In this document: positions 1 to 10,241 of the stretch, in pieces
How the letters are laid out: each line of letters begins with the position of its first letter
How positions within the stretch are numbered: position 1 is the first letter of the stretch
NCBI GenBank assembly: GCA_902796805.1
Contig: CADBQG010000040.1
Span: 50-64,049, forward strand
Source of the DNA: an uncultured Bacteroidota bacterium
GTDB taxonomy: Bacteria; Bacteroidota; Bacteroidia; Bacteroidales; WCHB1-69
Reading direction: 5' to 3'
DNA length: 64,000 nucleotides
The notes under the pieces: model-generated
Seen by the model: only the letters and a program-made list of their open reading frames with translations
Told to the model about the DNA's origin: nothing
Database searches by the model: none
Program-made: the position numbers and the translations under genes

Positions 1-196
1 TGAACTGTTGCCCGGCTATTTCTACAATTGCGTACATTATTATTGAAATTTAGGTTATAAAATTTAAGGCGGCAAAGATACATTTTTTTTCAAAACAATT
101 TTTTTTCGTGCAATTTTTTTTAAACTTCACCGTTAAGCAGGAGTTCGGAAGTGAGTTCTTTATATTTGGAATAAGTTAATTTTAAAGCATAGAACT

Positions 197-1321
197 ATGA
201 ATATGGAATTGAAGAAAAAATCGAAATTACTGTTGTTCATATTGTTGGCAACAATATCAGGATTAAGCAGCGGCTGCGCCCAGCCAGAAGTGAAGCAGGC
301 GAGCGGCAGCAGATACGTTGACCTGACATCAGCTGCCGAATCGTCGGTAAACGCTGTTGTATACATCAAGACAGAGTTCACGCAGAAGAATTCAGTGTGG
401 GACGACTTTTTCGGCGGCACTATATGGGAGCATTTCTTCGGTTCGGCGCCGAGCACCTATCCTGTGCAGGCCGCAGGTTCGGGGGTTATAATCTCAAAAG
501 ACGGCTACATAGTGACCAACAACCACGTGGTCGAGGACGCTGCCAAGGTAACAATCACCTTGAACGACAAGCGCGAGTATGACGGCGAGATCATCGGCAC
601 GGACCCGGCCTCCGACCTTGCGCTCCTCAAGATCAGCGAGCGCAACCTTCCGTATCTCAAGTTCGCGGACTCAGACTCTGTGCGCATAGGCGAATGGGTG
701 CTTGCCATAGGCAACCCCATGGGGCTGAACTCCACTGTGACGGCGGGAATCATAAGCGCCAAGGCGCGACAGCTGAGTACCGGGAGGAACACCGTGTCAG
801 ACGAGGTTTACCTTCAGACTGACGCGGCGATAAACTCCGGCAACAGCGGCGGTGCCTTGGTGAACGCTGCCGGCCAGCTTGTAGGCATCAACACGGCCAT
901 AGCCTCCGGGAACGGCTTCTATACCGGATACTCTTTCGCCATTCCGTCAAACATCGTGAAGAAGATATGCTACGACCTGGAGCATTTCGGCACAACCCAG
1001 CAGGCGTTCCTCGGGGTTTCCATAATGGAGCTCAACGCGGCCAACGCCAAGGAGCTCAACCTTGACGACGCCACCGGCATATACGTGGCCGAGGTGCAGG
1101 AGGAGGGCGCAGCCGCACAGAACGGACTTCAGGCCGGCGACGTCATAACCCACATCGACAACACCCCGATCAACAGCCTCCCCGACGTGCGCGGGGTGCT
1201 CAAGACCAAGTCGCCCGGCGACCGCGTGAAGGTTGACGTCATCAGGAAAAAGGAAAAAATATCGAAAAATGTAACTTTATTGAACAATAAAGGTACAACA
1301 GATAGAGTGGAAAAACAATAG
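197..1321 (+). CDS. htrA: HtrA/DegP-family serine protease (trypsin-like domain plus one PDZ), lipoprotein-type signal
   Basis: 374-aa ORF. Catalytic triad contexts are TNNHVV (His), DLALLKI (Asp) and GNSGGALVN (Ser). PDZ-like C-terminus (GIYVAEVQEEGAAAQNGLQAGDVITHIDN). N-terminal LSSGC lipobox. Confidence 0.9.
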   Translation: MNMELKKKSKLLLFILLATISGLSSGCAQPEVKQASGSRYVDLTSAAESSVNAVVYIKTEFTQKNSVWDDFFGGTIWEHFFGSAPSTYPVQAAGSGVIISKDGYIVTNNHVVEDAAKVTITLNDKREYDGEIIGTDPASDLALLKISERNLPYLKFADSDSVRIGEWVLAIGNPMGLNSTVTAGIISAKARQLSTGRNTVSDEVYLQTDAAINSGNSGGALVNAAGQLVGINTAIASGNGFYTGYSFAIPSNIVKKICYDLEHFGTTQQAFLGVSIMELNAANAKELNLDDATGIYVAEVQEEGAAAQNGLQAGDVITHIDNTPINSLPDVRGVLKTKSPGDRVKVDVIRKKEKISKNVTLLNNKGTTDRVEKQ

Positions 1322-1401
1322 CCCGTTTTCAGGCACTGTTTTTGCAATTCAAAAAAAATGAAAGTTCAACAAACAATTAAAATATAGGGGAAAATCTATA
1401 G

Positions 1402-2262
1402 ATGAGACAACTTAAAATTTCGAAATCCATAACAAACCGCGACTCGGCCTCGTTAGAACGTTTCTTGTCAGACATCAGCAAGGTGCAGATGATCAGCGCC
1501 GAGGAGGAGGTGGAGCTGGCGAGAAGAATCAAGGCCGGCGACGAGGACGCGCTCAACAAGCTTGTAACCACAAACCTGCGTTTCGTGGTATCAGTGGCGA
1601 AGCAGTACCAGAACCAGGGCATCGGCCTCCAGGACCTCATCAACGAGGGCAACCTCGGCCTCATAAAGGCCGCCCAGCGCTTCGACGAGACCAGGGGGTT
1701 CAAGTTCATATCCTACGCGGTGTGGTGGATCCGCCAGGCCATACTACAGGCCATCGCCGACCAGTCGCGAATCGTGCGCCTGCCGCTAAACCAGGTGGGC
1801 GTCATAAACAAGATAAAGAAGGAGACCTCACGTCTGGAACAGATTTTGAAGCGCCTCCCCACCACAGAGGAGATCGCCGAGGCGATAGACATGCCCGTGT
1901 ACAAGGTTGCCGAGATAATGAAAATGAACAACCACCCGCAGTCCATCGACTCGCCCATCGCGCCCAACGAGGAGACCCGCTTCGTGGATGTGTTCGTGCA
2001 CGACACCGACGAGAAGACCGACACAAACCTCATGCACGAGTCTTTGGCGGCGGAGATCAGCGACCTGCTGAAGACTCTGCCCGAGAACGAATGCGAGGTT
2101 CTGCGTCTGTTCTTCGGCATCGGGACATCGCACGAATACACCTTGGATGAAATCGGCGACGAATTAGGACTCTCGCGCGAACGCGTGCGCCAAATCAAGG
2201 AGCGCGCTCTAAAACGCCTGCGGCACAACGGCAAGAACAAGAATCTGAAGAGCTATTTGTGA
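1402..2262 (+). CDS. rpoD: Primary sigma-70 factor (Bacteroidota short RpoD/SigA type)
   Basis: 286 aa. Region 2 (DLINEGNLGLIKAAQRFD, YAVWWIRQAI) and region 4.2 HTH (LDEIGDELGLSRERVRQIKERAL) are present. Confidence 0.9.
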   Translation: MRQLKISKSITNRDSASLERFLSDISKVQMISAEEEVELARRIKAGDEDALNKLVTTNLRFVVSVAKQYQNQGIGLQDLINEGNLGLIKAAQRFDETRGFKFISYAVWWIRQAILQAIADQSRIVRLPLNQVGVINKIKKETSRLEQILKRLPTTEEIAEAIDMPVYKVAEIMKMNNHPQSIDSPIAPNEETRFVDVFVHDTDEKTDTNLMHESLAAEISDLLKTLPENECEVLRLFFGIGTSHEYTLDEIGDELGLSRERVRQIKERALKRLRHNGKNKNLKSYL

Positions 2263-2277
2263 GTTGTGGATTTGAAG

Positions 2278-2865
2278 ATGAGGACGTGTTTTGGCATATT
2301 GCTGCTTTGTGTGTGCGCGGCACTGGTGTCGTGCAAACCGAAGACAATGCCCGAGCCTAAGCCGATGGGCTATTTCCGAATCGAACTTCCAAACCACGAA
2401 TACAAGAACCTTGACACAACTCTGCCGTTTTCGTTCGAGAGGTCCGTCCACTCCGCAGTCGAGATAATTCCGCAGAAGAACAATTCTGTCTGGCTGAACA
2501 TCGACTACCCCGACCTCAACTGCGCGTTCAGGTTCACCTACTTTGAGGTCAGGAACGCCGACAGCCTGCGCAAGCTGATGATTTCAGAAGACAAGATGGT
2601 GAAGTTCCACTACAAGAAGGCACAGGATGTGCAGTACTCCATCATACGCGACACAAGCGCCAATATCTGGGGACAGACCTACGAAATATACGGAAAAGAC
2701 GTAGCCACGCCGCTGCAGTTCTGGATAACCGACAGCGCCCGTAGGTTTCTGCGCGCCTCGCTATATTTTGACGGCACTCCCAACAACGACTCCCTGCAAC
2801 CTGTAATCGACTACCTCAAGGAGGACGGGATGCACATAATATCGACTTTCACCTGGAAACGATAG
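2278..2865 (+). CDS. gldD: Gliding-motility/T9SS-associated lipoprotein GldD-like
   Basis: The track start at 2266 is GTG, and the ATG at 2278 gives MRTCFGILLLCVCAALVSC (signal plus lipobox Cys). Size (~195 aa) and conserved blocks (PKPMGYFRIELP, LPFSFE, IDYPDLN, ITDSARRFLRASLYF, TFTWK) resemble GldD as I remember it. No alignment was run. Confidence 0.6.
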   Translation: MRTCFGILLLCVCAALVSCKPKTMPEPKPMGYFRIELPNHEYKNLDTTLPFSFERSVHSAVEIIPQKNNSVWLNIDYPDLNCAFRFTYFEVRNADSLRKLMISEDKMVKFHYKKAQDVQYSIIRDTSANIWGQTYEIYGKDVATPLQFWITDSARRFLRASLYFDGTPNNDSLQPVIDYLKEDGMHIISTFTWKR

Positions 2866-2890
2866 TGAACATCAACTTTCCACCCCGTTT

Positions 2891-5800
2891 TCAAGAGACT
2901 TTCAGGTAAACAATTTCAGCGAACACATTTGTACATCCCATGTTTTCAAGTTGTTGCTTGTATGTGTCGAGTTGCTTGCGGTAAATGTCGTCGGCTTTTT
3001 TCCCAGTTTTATAGTCAAGAATCATGACGTGGTCTTTTTTGAAGACGATTCTGTCGGGACGCTTTGTGGAACCGTCAGGGAGGATGATTTCCGCCTCGTT
3101 CATCACCTTGTCGTCTTTTTCGGGGAAGAAATAGGGGTGAAGTCTGTCCTCCGCGATAATCTGCCGGAACACAGCGCGAAGTTTTTCAGCGAGAACCGAG
3201 GAGTGTTTGGTGATAAACGAAGTGATTTCATCGTCATTCTGCGGAAAAGAGCGCAACTTTTGGAGAACAGCATGGATTTCGTCGCCGAGGCTTCTCGCCT
3301 CGTCATCAGAGGTCTCAGTTATCCTGACCTTGTCCTGGCCTGAAAAAGAGAACTGCGAGAGGGAAAATTCCAAGCCTGCAACATCGGATTTCTTCTTTTG
3401 AGACATTTTTTTCGTCTGCGTTGCATCGCCGAACAGATAAACAGTGTCGTTGATGGAGGTAAATTTCTCTAACACAAAGGAAGTGAGAATGTTCTGCACG
3501 TTCAAAGTCTCTCTTTTTGCAGACTTGGTTGTTACAACATAGAGCAACTCGCGCGCACGCGTGAAATCGACATACCATTTGTTGAGCCTGTCGAGAGTCT
3601 TGTCGTCCTCCTCTTGCTCGTAATAAAGACCGAATTCCGAATATTTCATATCCTTGTCGTAAGGCACTGGACAACAGATTCCATCCTTCTGAATCCAGGC
3701 CAAATTGTTAGATTTGCCGTTAGAGTCCTTGCAACTTGTAATCACCACATTCGCCTCAAGCCCTTTTGACTTGTGCACCGTCATAACACGGACGGCATTG
3801 TGGCCTTCAGGAAGGGAGAGTTTCGGCACCTTGTCGTCAATAACGAGGTCGCGCCAATATTGCAGAAAATGTTCCACATTTGCAATCTCATCATGTTGGA
3901 AATCAGCAACAAGGTCGAGAAAATCCGCCAAAAACGGATTGTTGTCTTCACTGAACCGGAACATCGAGACAATGTCCCTTACAGCAAATAGTATCGGATT
4001 GTTGAGCATCTCTCCCACCCTATCCTCAAAATCATCCATGCCCAACTCTGACAGTTTCTCTGCAAAACCACAGGTTTTGGAAATAATCTCAACGTAATCA
4101 CGACCCGCCTGCTCACAAAGGTATTTCAGGATAACGGACTGGTTGACGGCATCGGCCGGATAGATACAGTGGCTGAGGGTTGCGATTATAACACTGACTG
4201 CCTCATTGTCGGAGAGATTTAGCGACTCTGTTGTGACGACCGGGATATTTGCGGTCATAAGGATATTGGCCATATTGCTGCACTTGTCGTTGCCTGACAT
4301 AAGAATCATAATGTCGCCGTATCTGTAACCTCTTCCAAGGGCGTCGAAGACCGAGTAGACGATATAGGAATCATCAATTTTGAGATTAGGATAGATGTTT
4401 TCCATGAAACCGGCTGTTTCTTCGGAAGCGTAGGGCGTCAAGTCGGGCGGCAACGTCGACTTGTCGCAAAGGAATGCGAACACGGCACCGCCATTGCCTG
4501 CAGCGGTCTTCTGCTTCACTTCGGAATAATAATTGCTTTTCCCCACACAGTCCGAATAGAACGCGAAGAATTCATTGTTGAAAGTGACAATATTGGGCAA
4601 CGACCTTCTGTTTGTGTCAAGCGGTATCTGCCGATACTTGCTTTCAGGGAGAACATGCGCAATCTCCTTTTCTTCAGTTTTCAGTCGTCCATAATCCATA
4701 AGGTTGAAAAGCAGTTTCACATCACCGTTCCTGAAGCGGTAAATCGACTGTTTGACATCGCCGAAGAGGGTAACGCTGCCGTTGGAGCTCAGTGCGTTCA
4801 GCAGAAGCGGCTTCAGATCCTCCCACTGCATAAAGGATGTGTCCTGGAATTCATCAAGGAAGAAGTGCTTGTAGAAGGAGACTTTCTCAAAGAGCTGCAG
4901 TCCCTGGGAATCGGAACGTATCTCATCGAAAATCAGAGGGTTGCTTTCTGAAAGAAAAAAAGCGTTTGTCTTTTCTTTCAAAAGGTCCATTTTTTCCCGC
5001 AAAGAATACAACACAAGCAGGGTGCTGGAGTTCCTGAGGAGGATAAGGCTTGTGTAATATCTGTTAGCGTATTCGTCGAGAATATTTTTGGCTTTATCAT
5101 ACAATTTTGCAACCTCATCGGAGTAGTGTTCTTTGAGTTGTTCGTCATTGAAAGTGTTGAATATACTGTCTTTGTTGAATTTCTTCTTCAGGAATGCGGA
5201 AGACTCGTAGCCACCTCCCTTGATGTTCAGCCAGCAAGCCTCGTCGGTGGCTAATTTCTCAAAGATTTCGTCCCACTTGTTCCTGCCATGAACCTTCAGG
5301 CCGCGACCTGTCGCTTCACTAAAGATTTTGGCAGCATCACCGGAAATTTCCGCCATAGCCTGCGGTAATTTGCCCTTGTAATCTTCATAGAACGATTTCA
5401 AGTCTTTCTTCCATGATGCTATAAGTTTGGAAGTGAAGTCGAAGTCGGGGTTATGGGAGAGGAATTCGTGGCTTTTTTCGGTCTTCTGGTAGATTGTGTC
5501 GAGGCTTTTTTTCAGGAATCTGCGCACATCGGCCTTTCCGTCCTCCTCAAGCTGGCGGGTGAGTTCCTCAACCACAGTCCTTAGCTGCGGGTTGTTTTCA
5601 GGGAGAGATGCGATGTACTGTTCTATGGAACTCCTGTAGTATTCCTCAAGTCTAATCTGGACGGAGTAGTTCATATTCAGTCCGAGGTAGAGTGCCGAGG
5701 ATCTTATGACCCTCTGTATGAAGCTGTCGATTGTGGACACACTGAACCGGGCATAGTCATAAAGTATGTCCCTCAGCAGAACCTGGGAGCATCTCTTGAA

Positions 5801-6136
5801 GAATATGAAGCAGTCGTCGTCAGGCAGTGATGCATTTCCGAAGACTTTATCCTTGAGGTTCTGGAACTCGGGCAGACCCATGTCGGCAATGGAGTTTGCA
5901 AAGGCAAAGTTGTCCAGCCTCCCCACTATGCGCTGTTTCATCTCGGCGCCGGCGTTGTTCGTGAAAGTTATGGCCAGAATGGTGCGGTATGTGTCGCATG
6001 GCCCGGGGCGGAAGGCCGAACGGTCGTGCATCTCGAGGAATCGCTTTTTTTCCTGGCCGAAGCAGATTGCGAGATAGTCGAGCACGAGGTTGAAGGTTTT
6101 TCCCGCACCGGCGGAGGCTGAATAGACGTTGAGCAT
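2891..6136 (-). CDS. UvrD/Rep-type helicase fused to RecB-type PD-(D/E)XK nuclease (AddA-like)
   Basis: 1081 aa. Walker A YSASAGAGKTFNL; helicase motifs FLDEFQDTS, LFGDVKQSIYRFRNGD, VMTVHKSKGLE, YVDFTRARELLYV; C-terminal nuclease motif RPDRIV...ILDYKTGKK. The start lies 5 nt downstream of the purE stop. Confidence 0.85.
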   Translation of the reverse strand: MLNVYSASAGAGKTFNLVLDYLAICFGQEKKRFLEMHDRSAFRPGPCDTYRTILAITFTNNAGAEMKQRIVGRLDNFAFANSIADMGLPEFQNLKDKVFGNASLPDDDCFIFFKRCSQVLLRDILYDYARFSVSTIDSFIQRVIRSSALYLGLNMNYSVQIRLEEYYRSSIEQYIASLPENNPQLRTVVEELTRQLEEDGKADVRRFLKKSLDTIYQKTEKSHEFLSHNPDFDFTSKLIASWKKDLKSFYEDYKGKLPQAMAEISGDAAKIFSEATGRGLKVHGRNKWDEIFEKLATDEACWLNIKGGGYESSAFLKKKFNKDSIFNTFNDEQLKEHYSDEVAKLYDKAKNILDEYANRYYTSLILLRNSSTLLVLYSLREKMDLLKEKTNAFFLSESNPLIFDEIRSDSQGLQLFEKVSFYKHFFLDEFQDTSFMQWEDLKPLLLNALSSNGSVTLFGDVKQSIYRFRNGDVKLLFNLMDYGRLKTEEKEIAHVLPESKYRQIPLDTNRRSLPNIVTFNNEFFAFYSDCVGKSNYYSEVKQKTAAGNGGAVFAFLCDKSTLPPDLTPYASEETAGFMENIYPNLKIDDSYIVYSVFDALGRGYRYGDIMILMSGNDKCSNMANILMTANIPVVTTESLNLSDNEAVSVIIATLSHCIYPADAVNQSVILKYLCEQAGRDYVEIISKTCGFAEKLSELGMDDFEDRVGEMLNNPILFAVRDIVSMFRFSEDNNPFLADFLDLVADFQHDEIANVEHFLQYWRDLVIDDKVPKLSLPEGHNAVRVMTVHKSKGLEANVVITSCKDSNGKSNNLAWIQKDGICCPVPYDKDMKYSEFGLYYEQEEDDKTLDRLNKWYVDFTRARELLYVVTTKSAKRETLNVQNILTSFVLEKFTSINDTVYLFGDATQTKKMSQKKKSDVAGLEFSLSQFSFSGQDKVRITETSDDEARSLGDEIHAVLQKLRSFPQNDDEITSFITKHSSVLAEKLRAVFRQIIAEDRLHPYFFPEKDDKVMNEAEIILPDGSTKRPDRIVFKKDHVMILDYKTGKKADDIYRKQLDTYKQQLENMGCTNVFAEIVYLKVS

Positions 6137-6141
6137 TGCGG

Positions 6142-6648
6142 TCAGTTAGTTTTGAACTTATATGAGATCTGGGCGAGGTCGTCGTTCGCCTTCACAATTT
6201 TCTGCTTGAGGGATGTTTTGAACTCCACGACTTTGGCGAGCATCTGCGGGTCGTTGACGGCGAGCATCTGCATTGCGAGTATGGCGGCGTTCTGCGCTCC
6301 GTTGACGGCGACGGTAGCCACGGGTATTCCGGGAGGCATCTGAAGAATTGCGAGTGTTGAGTCGAGGCCCTCGAAAGAGGACTTTATCGGCACTCCGATG
6401 ACGGGTACTGGCGTCATTGCCGCGATCACGCCGGGGAGGTGGGCGGCCATTCCGGCTGCCGCGATAATCACTTTCACGCCACGGGAATGTGCATTCCTGG
6501 CATACTCTGCCACTTCGTCGGGCGTGCGGTGCGCCGACAAGGCAAGCACTTCAAAAGGTATCTCCTGGCTGTCGAGGAACTTAAACGCAGCCTCCATGAC
6601 TGGCAGGTCAGACGTGCTGCCCATGATAACACTTACTAACGCTTTCAT
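6142..6648 (-). CDS. purE: N5-carboxyaminoimidazole ribonucleotide mutase
   Basis: 169 aa from the ATG at 6648 (MKALVSVIMGSTSDLPVM). Contains SAHRTPD and AAAGMAAHLPGVIAA motifs. The ORF-track start at 6783 is a 45-codon upstream extension that runs through the promoter region. Confidence 0.9.
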   Translation of the reverse strand: MKALVSVIMGSTSDLPVMEAAFKFLDSQEIPFEVLALSAHRTPDEVAEYARNAHSRGVKVIIAAAGMAAHLPGVIAAMTPVPVIGVPIKSSFEGLDSTLAILQMPPGIPVATVAVNGAQNAAILAMQMLAVNDPQMLAKVVEFKTSLKQKIVKANDDLAQISYKFKTN

Positions 6649-6682
6649 TTTCAATACATTTATTTTTTTTATAACGATTATG

Positions 6683-6690
6683 CAAATATA
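6683..6690 (-). promoter_or_regulatory. -7 box TATATTTG (TAnnTTTG type) for purE
   Basis: The plus strand reads caaatata, 35 nt upstream of the purE ATG. Matches the Bacteroidota sigma-A -7 consensus. Confidence 0.5.
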
Positions 6691-6760
6691 CACAAAAAAT
6701 ATCATGCCGGACATCTCGTTCATAAAAACAAGCATGGATGTTTTCTTGCGAAAAAAACTG

Positions 6761-6768
6761 TAACTTTG
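6761..6768 (+). promoter_or_regulatory. -7 box TAACTTTG for radA
   Basis: TAnnTTTG match 22 nt upstream of the radA ATG at 6790. Confidence 0.5.
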
Positions 6769-6789
6769 CAAGTTGGAAAACATAGAGCT

Positions 6790-8160
6790 ATGGCGAAGGC
6801 AAAAACATTGTACTACTGCAAGAACTGCGGTGCTCAGGCGGCCAAATGGATGGGGCGTTGTCCTGAGTGCAACGAGTGGAACACATTCGAGGAGGAGGTG
6901 CTGGTGCGCGAGGATACGGCGGCAAAAGGCCAGTATTCACCATTGGCGCAGCAAAGCTCGCCAAAGCTGATAGACGACATTGAGGCGGAGCAGTTCCCGC
7001 GCACGCTCACCGGCATCCAGGAGTTCGACCGTGTCCTTGGCGGCGGCATCGTCAGGGGTTCGATAGTGCTTCTTGGCGGCGAGCCTGGAATCGGGAAGTC
7101 GACGCTCCTTCTTCAGATGGCCCTCACGCTCTCTGGCAGGAAGGTGCTGTACATTTCCGGCGAGGAGAGCGAGGCGCAGCTCAAGATGAGGGCTTCGCGC
7201 ATATCGTCGTCGCCAGCCCCGAGCTGCTACGTTCTCACCGAAACCAACACACAGCAGATTTTCAAGCACATCGAGGCCGTGAACCCCGACATTGTGATTG
7301 TGGACTCCATACAGACGATGCAGAGTTCGCTTATAGAATCGGCGGCCGGCTCAGTATCGCAGCTCAAGGAGTGCGCCGCCGAGTTCCAGCACTTTGCCAA
7401 GCGCACTGCCTGCCCTGTGTTCCTGATTGGACATATAACCAAGGACGGGACCCTTGCAGGCCCGAAGATTCTGGAGCACATTGTTGACACCGTTCTCCAG
7501 TTCGAGGGCGACAGGCATTATGGATACCGGATGGTGCGCTGTGTGAAGAACCGTTTCGGTTCCACGTCGGAACTCGGAATCTTCGAGATGCTCCAAGACG
7601 GGCTTCGCGAGGTTGTGAACCCGTCGGAGATACTGATGTCGCAACACGAGGAGGACTACAGCGGCAACGCAATAGCGTGCATTTTGGAGGGCAACAGGCC
7701 GATGATGATTGAAACGCAGGCGTTAGTAAGCAGCGCGGTGTACGGGACGCCGCAGCGCAACGCCGCAGGCTACGACATCAGGCGCATGAACATGCTCCTT
7801 GCCGTGCTTGAAAAGCGCTGTCACTTCAAACTCGGCGCAAAGGACGTGTTTCTCAACATTGCCGGAGGTCTGCGCGTTGAGGACCCCGCCATAAACGTGG
7901 CGATAGTGGCGGCAATACTCTCTTCCGCCACCGACATAGCAATTGACAGCAAGACATGCTTTGCCGGCGAGCTCGGACTCAACGGCGAGGTGCGCCCTGT
8001 GCCGCGCATCGCCCAGCGCGTCGCCGAGGCCGACAAGTTGGGATTCAACAGGATTTTCATTTCAAAGTTCAACCTCAAAGGACTCCGCACATCGGACTTC
8101 AGCGTGAAAATCATCGCCATATCCAAAATCGAGGAAATGTTTCACCTTCTATTCCAATAA
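6790..8160 (+). CDS. radA: DNA repair protein RadA/Sms
   Basis: Zn-ribbon CKNCGAQAAKWMGRCPECNEW, Walker A GEPGIGKST, KNRFG motif (VKNRFGSTSELGIFEM) and a Lon-like C-terminal domain. ATG at 6790; the track start at 6766 is TTG. Confidence 0.92.
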   Translation: MAKAKTLYYCKNCGAQAAKWMGRCPECNEWNTFEEEVLVREDTAAKGQYSPLAQQSSPKLIDDIEAEQFPRTLTGIQEFDRVLGGGIVRGSIVLLGGEPGIGKSTLLLQMALTLSGRKVLYISGEESEAQLKMRASRISSSPAPSCYVLTETNTQQIFKHIEAVNPDIVIVDSIQTMQSSLIESAAGSVSQLKECAAEFQHFAKRTACPVFLIGHITKDGTLAGPKILEHIVDTVLQFEGDRHYGYRMVRCVKNRFGSTSELGIFEMLQDGLREVVNPSEILMSQHEEDYSGNAIACILEGNRPMMIETQALVSSAVYGTPQRNAAGYDIRRMNMLLAVLEKRCHFKLGAKDVFLNIAGGLRVEDPAINVAIVAAILSSATDIAIDSKTCFAGELGLNGEVRPVPRIAQRVAEADKLGFNRIFISKFNLKGLRTSDFSVKIIAISKIEEMFHLLFQ

Positions 8161-8163
8161 AAC

Positions 8164-8592
8164 ATGAACGAAGAAAACAACATTTGCCGTGAGGGAATAA
8201 TCAGGGAAGTGTCGGAAGGCAAAGTCCTGGTGGAGATAATAGTCAGCTCGGCGTGCAGCGGATGTCACGCCAAGAGCATCTGCATACCGTCAGACCGGCG
8301 GGAGGAGCGAATCTGGGTTGCAACTGCCGAAGGGGAAAACTACGCGGTAGGAGAAGTTGTGGAACTGTCGCTGAAAGCCTCCGTGGGCAACAAGGCCGTG
8401 GCGCTCGCATACGTGGCACCGCTCGTGGTCCTGCTGGCTGTCCTATTCGGAACCTACGCCCTGACCTCGAACGAACTGCTGAGTGTGAGCCTCAGTGTGC
8501 TGTGCGTGATCGCCTACTACCTCGTCCTCAAAACCATGAACAGAAGAATTGAGGACGAAATCACCTTCAGCGTGCAGAAAAAGCAGTCGTAA
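8164..8592 (+). CDS. RseC/MucC-family membrane protein (SoxR-reducing-system type)
   Basis: 142 aa. N-terminal soluble segment with cysteine cluster CSGCHAKSIC, followed by two hydrophobic helices. This is the architecture typical of RseC. Confidence 0.65.
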   Translation: MNEENNICREGIIREVSEGKVLVEIIVSSACSGCHAKSICIPSDRREERIWVATAEGENYAVGEVVELSLKASVGNKAVALAYVAPLVVLLAVLFGTYALTSNELLSVSLSVLCVIAYYLVLKTMNRRIEDEITFSVQKKQS

Positions 8593-8594
8593 CG

Positions 8595-9647
8595 CTACCT
8601 GTTGCCGTACATCTTTTCGTAATACTCTGCATATTCGCCAGAGGTTACATGGTTGAACCACTCCTCGTTAGCGAGATACCAGTCGACGGTTTTCTCAAAA
8701 CCCTCGTCAAACTTAACCTTTGGCATCCATCCGAGGTCCTCTTTCACCTTTGAGGCGTCAATGGCATAGCGGAAATCGTGTCCTGCCCGGTCGGTGACGT
8801 ATGTTATCAACTTGAGTGACTCTCCTTCGGGACGGCCGAGCTTGCGGTCCATGATCTCAATCAGTTTCTTGATAAGGTCGATATTCTTCCACTCATTGTT
8901 GCCGCCTATGTTGTAGGTGCTTCCTGGAACTGCATGATGGAATATCAAGTCGATGGCTTCAGCGTGATCCTCCACATAGAGCCAGTCGCGTACGTTGAGA
9001 CCCTTGCCGTAAACAGGAAGAGGCTTGTTGTTCTTAATGTTGTTGATGAAAAGAGGTATCAGTTTTTCAGGGAACTGGTTGGGGCCGTAGTTGTTTGAGC
9101 AGTTGGAGATTACAGTAGGCAGTTTGTAGGTGTCGTGGTAGGCGCGCACAAAATGGTCGGCGCTCGCCTTGGCCGCAGAATAGGGACTGTGCGGATTATA
9201 CGGGGTTGTCTCGCTGAAGGAACCGGTGTCGCCAAGGGCGCCGTAAACCTCGTCGGTGGAGATTTGGTAGAACTTCTTCCCGTCGGCGGAGTCCTTCCAA
9301 ATCTCACGCGCGGCGTTGAGAAGATGCACGGTGCCAAGCACGTTGGTGTGGATGAACGTCATCGGATCCTCTATCGAGCGGTCCACATGCGACTCGGCAG
9401 CCAAGTGTATCACACCGTCAAACCTGTATTTCCTGAAAAGTTCCATCACAAAGCCCAGGTCTTCTATATCTCCCTTGACAAATGTATAATTTGGCTTGTC
9501 GCATACATCGGCAAGGTTCTCGAGATTGCCTGCGTATGTGAGCTTGTCGAGGTTGAAGATGTGGTAGTCTGGATATTTGTTGACAAAAAGACGGACAACA
9601 TGCGAGCCTATGAAGCCCGCGCCGCCGGTTATAAGTATGTTTTTCAT
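8595..9647 (-). CDS. rfbB: dTDP-glucose 4,6-dehydratase
   Basis: 350-aa extended SDR. Motifs GGAGFIGS, ISTDEVYG, YSAAKASAD (YxxxK) and SNCSNNYGPNQFPEKLIP. Confidence 0.9.
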   Translation of the reverse strand: MKNILITGGAGFIGSHVVRLFVNKYPDYHIFNLDKLTYAGNLENLADVCDKPNYTFVKGDIEDLGFVMELFRKYRFDGVIHLAAESHVDRSIEDPMTFIHTNVLGTVHLLNAAREIWKDSADGKKFYQISTDEVYGALGDTGSFSETTPYNPHSPYSAAKASADHFVRAYHDTYKLPTVISNCSNNYGPNQFPEKLIPLFINNIKNNKPLPVYGKGLNVRDWLYVEDHAEAIDLIFHHAVPGSTYNIGGNNEWKNIDLIKKLIEIMDRKLGRPEGESLKLITYVTDRAGHDFRYAIDASKVKEDLGWMPKVKFDEGFEKTVDWYLANEEWFNHVTSGEYAEYYEKMYGNR

Positions 9648-9677
9648 AATCTTTTTTTTTGCAAAGGTATAATTTTT

Positions 9678-10238
9678 CTATATATGCACGGCGATTGAAT
9701 ACACCATCTTTTCGTTTTCATACGTTTCTACACAATAGTTGCGGGAATTTTCGAGCACATTCTTCATGTCATTTCCAATACCGGAGCCTTGGAGCTTCAA
9801 CAATGCCTCTTTTTTCGTCCAGAGGTTCAGAAATGCCGTATTGGGGTCGGGCGACGTGGCTATAAACTTTTGTTCCTCGCAATTCATGACGTATTCAACT
9901 ACATCATGGCTCACCTTCCGGGGAGTCTCAATGTCGGCTCCGAGAGGCCTGAGACCCACGGCGCACAGAGCAACGTTGCCTGAGTGACTAAGGCTGAAGA
10001 AAATTTCAGGATGATGTTTCAGGAACGGCTTGCCATTTTCAGAGAATACAAACTCCGGCGGCGCTGTGATCCCGAATTCGGCGTCAAGCGCCCTACGCAG
10101 CAGAAGATACGCCGCTATGGAGAGTTTTTTGCCGCCTTCGCTGCGGAAGCGCAGCACTTTTTCGCGCCGCTGCAACGACAATTCCGGAAGCGACTCCTCG
10201 ATGTTTATGTCCTGGGCATGGTCGTTTATGTAAATCAT
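9678..10238 (-). CDS. 4'-phosphopantetheinyl transferase (Sfp type)
   Basis: 186 aa. Motifs LGADIETP and WTKKEALLK. Confidence 0.8.
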   Translation of the reverse strand: MIYINDHAQDINIEESLPELSLQRREKVLRFRSEGGKKLSIAAYLLLRRALDAEFGITAPPEFVFSENGKPFLKHHPEIFFSLSHSGNVALCAVGLRPLGADIETPRKVSHDVVEYVMNCEEQKFIATSPDPNTAFLNLWTKKEALLKLQGSGIGNDMKNVLENSRNYCVETYENEKMVYSIAVHI

Positions 10239-10241
10239 TCT

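Noticed and set aside
6649-6783. N-terminal extensions of track ORFs taken at face value: purE 213 aa, RadA from TTG 6766, Omp85-like from 51422, phosphohexomutase from 52773, TonB receptor from 36135, AAA+ ATPase from 46126.
   Set aside because: The extensions are hydrophobic or low-complexity and have no family-typical sequence. They overlap promoters, terminators or neighbouring genes, and internal Met codons give canonical N-termini.
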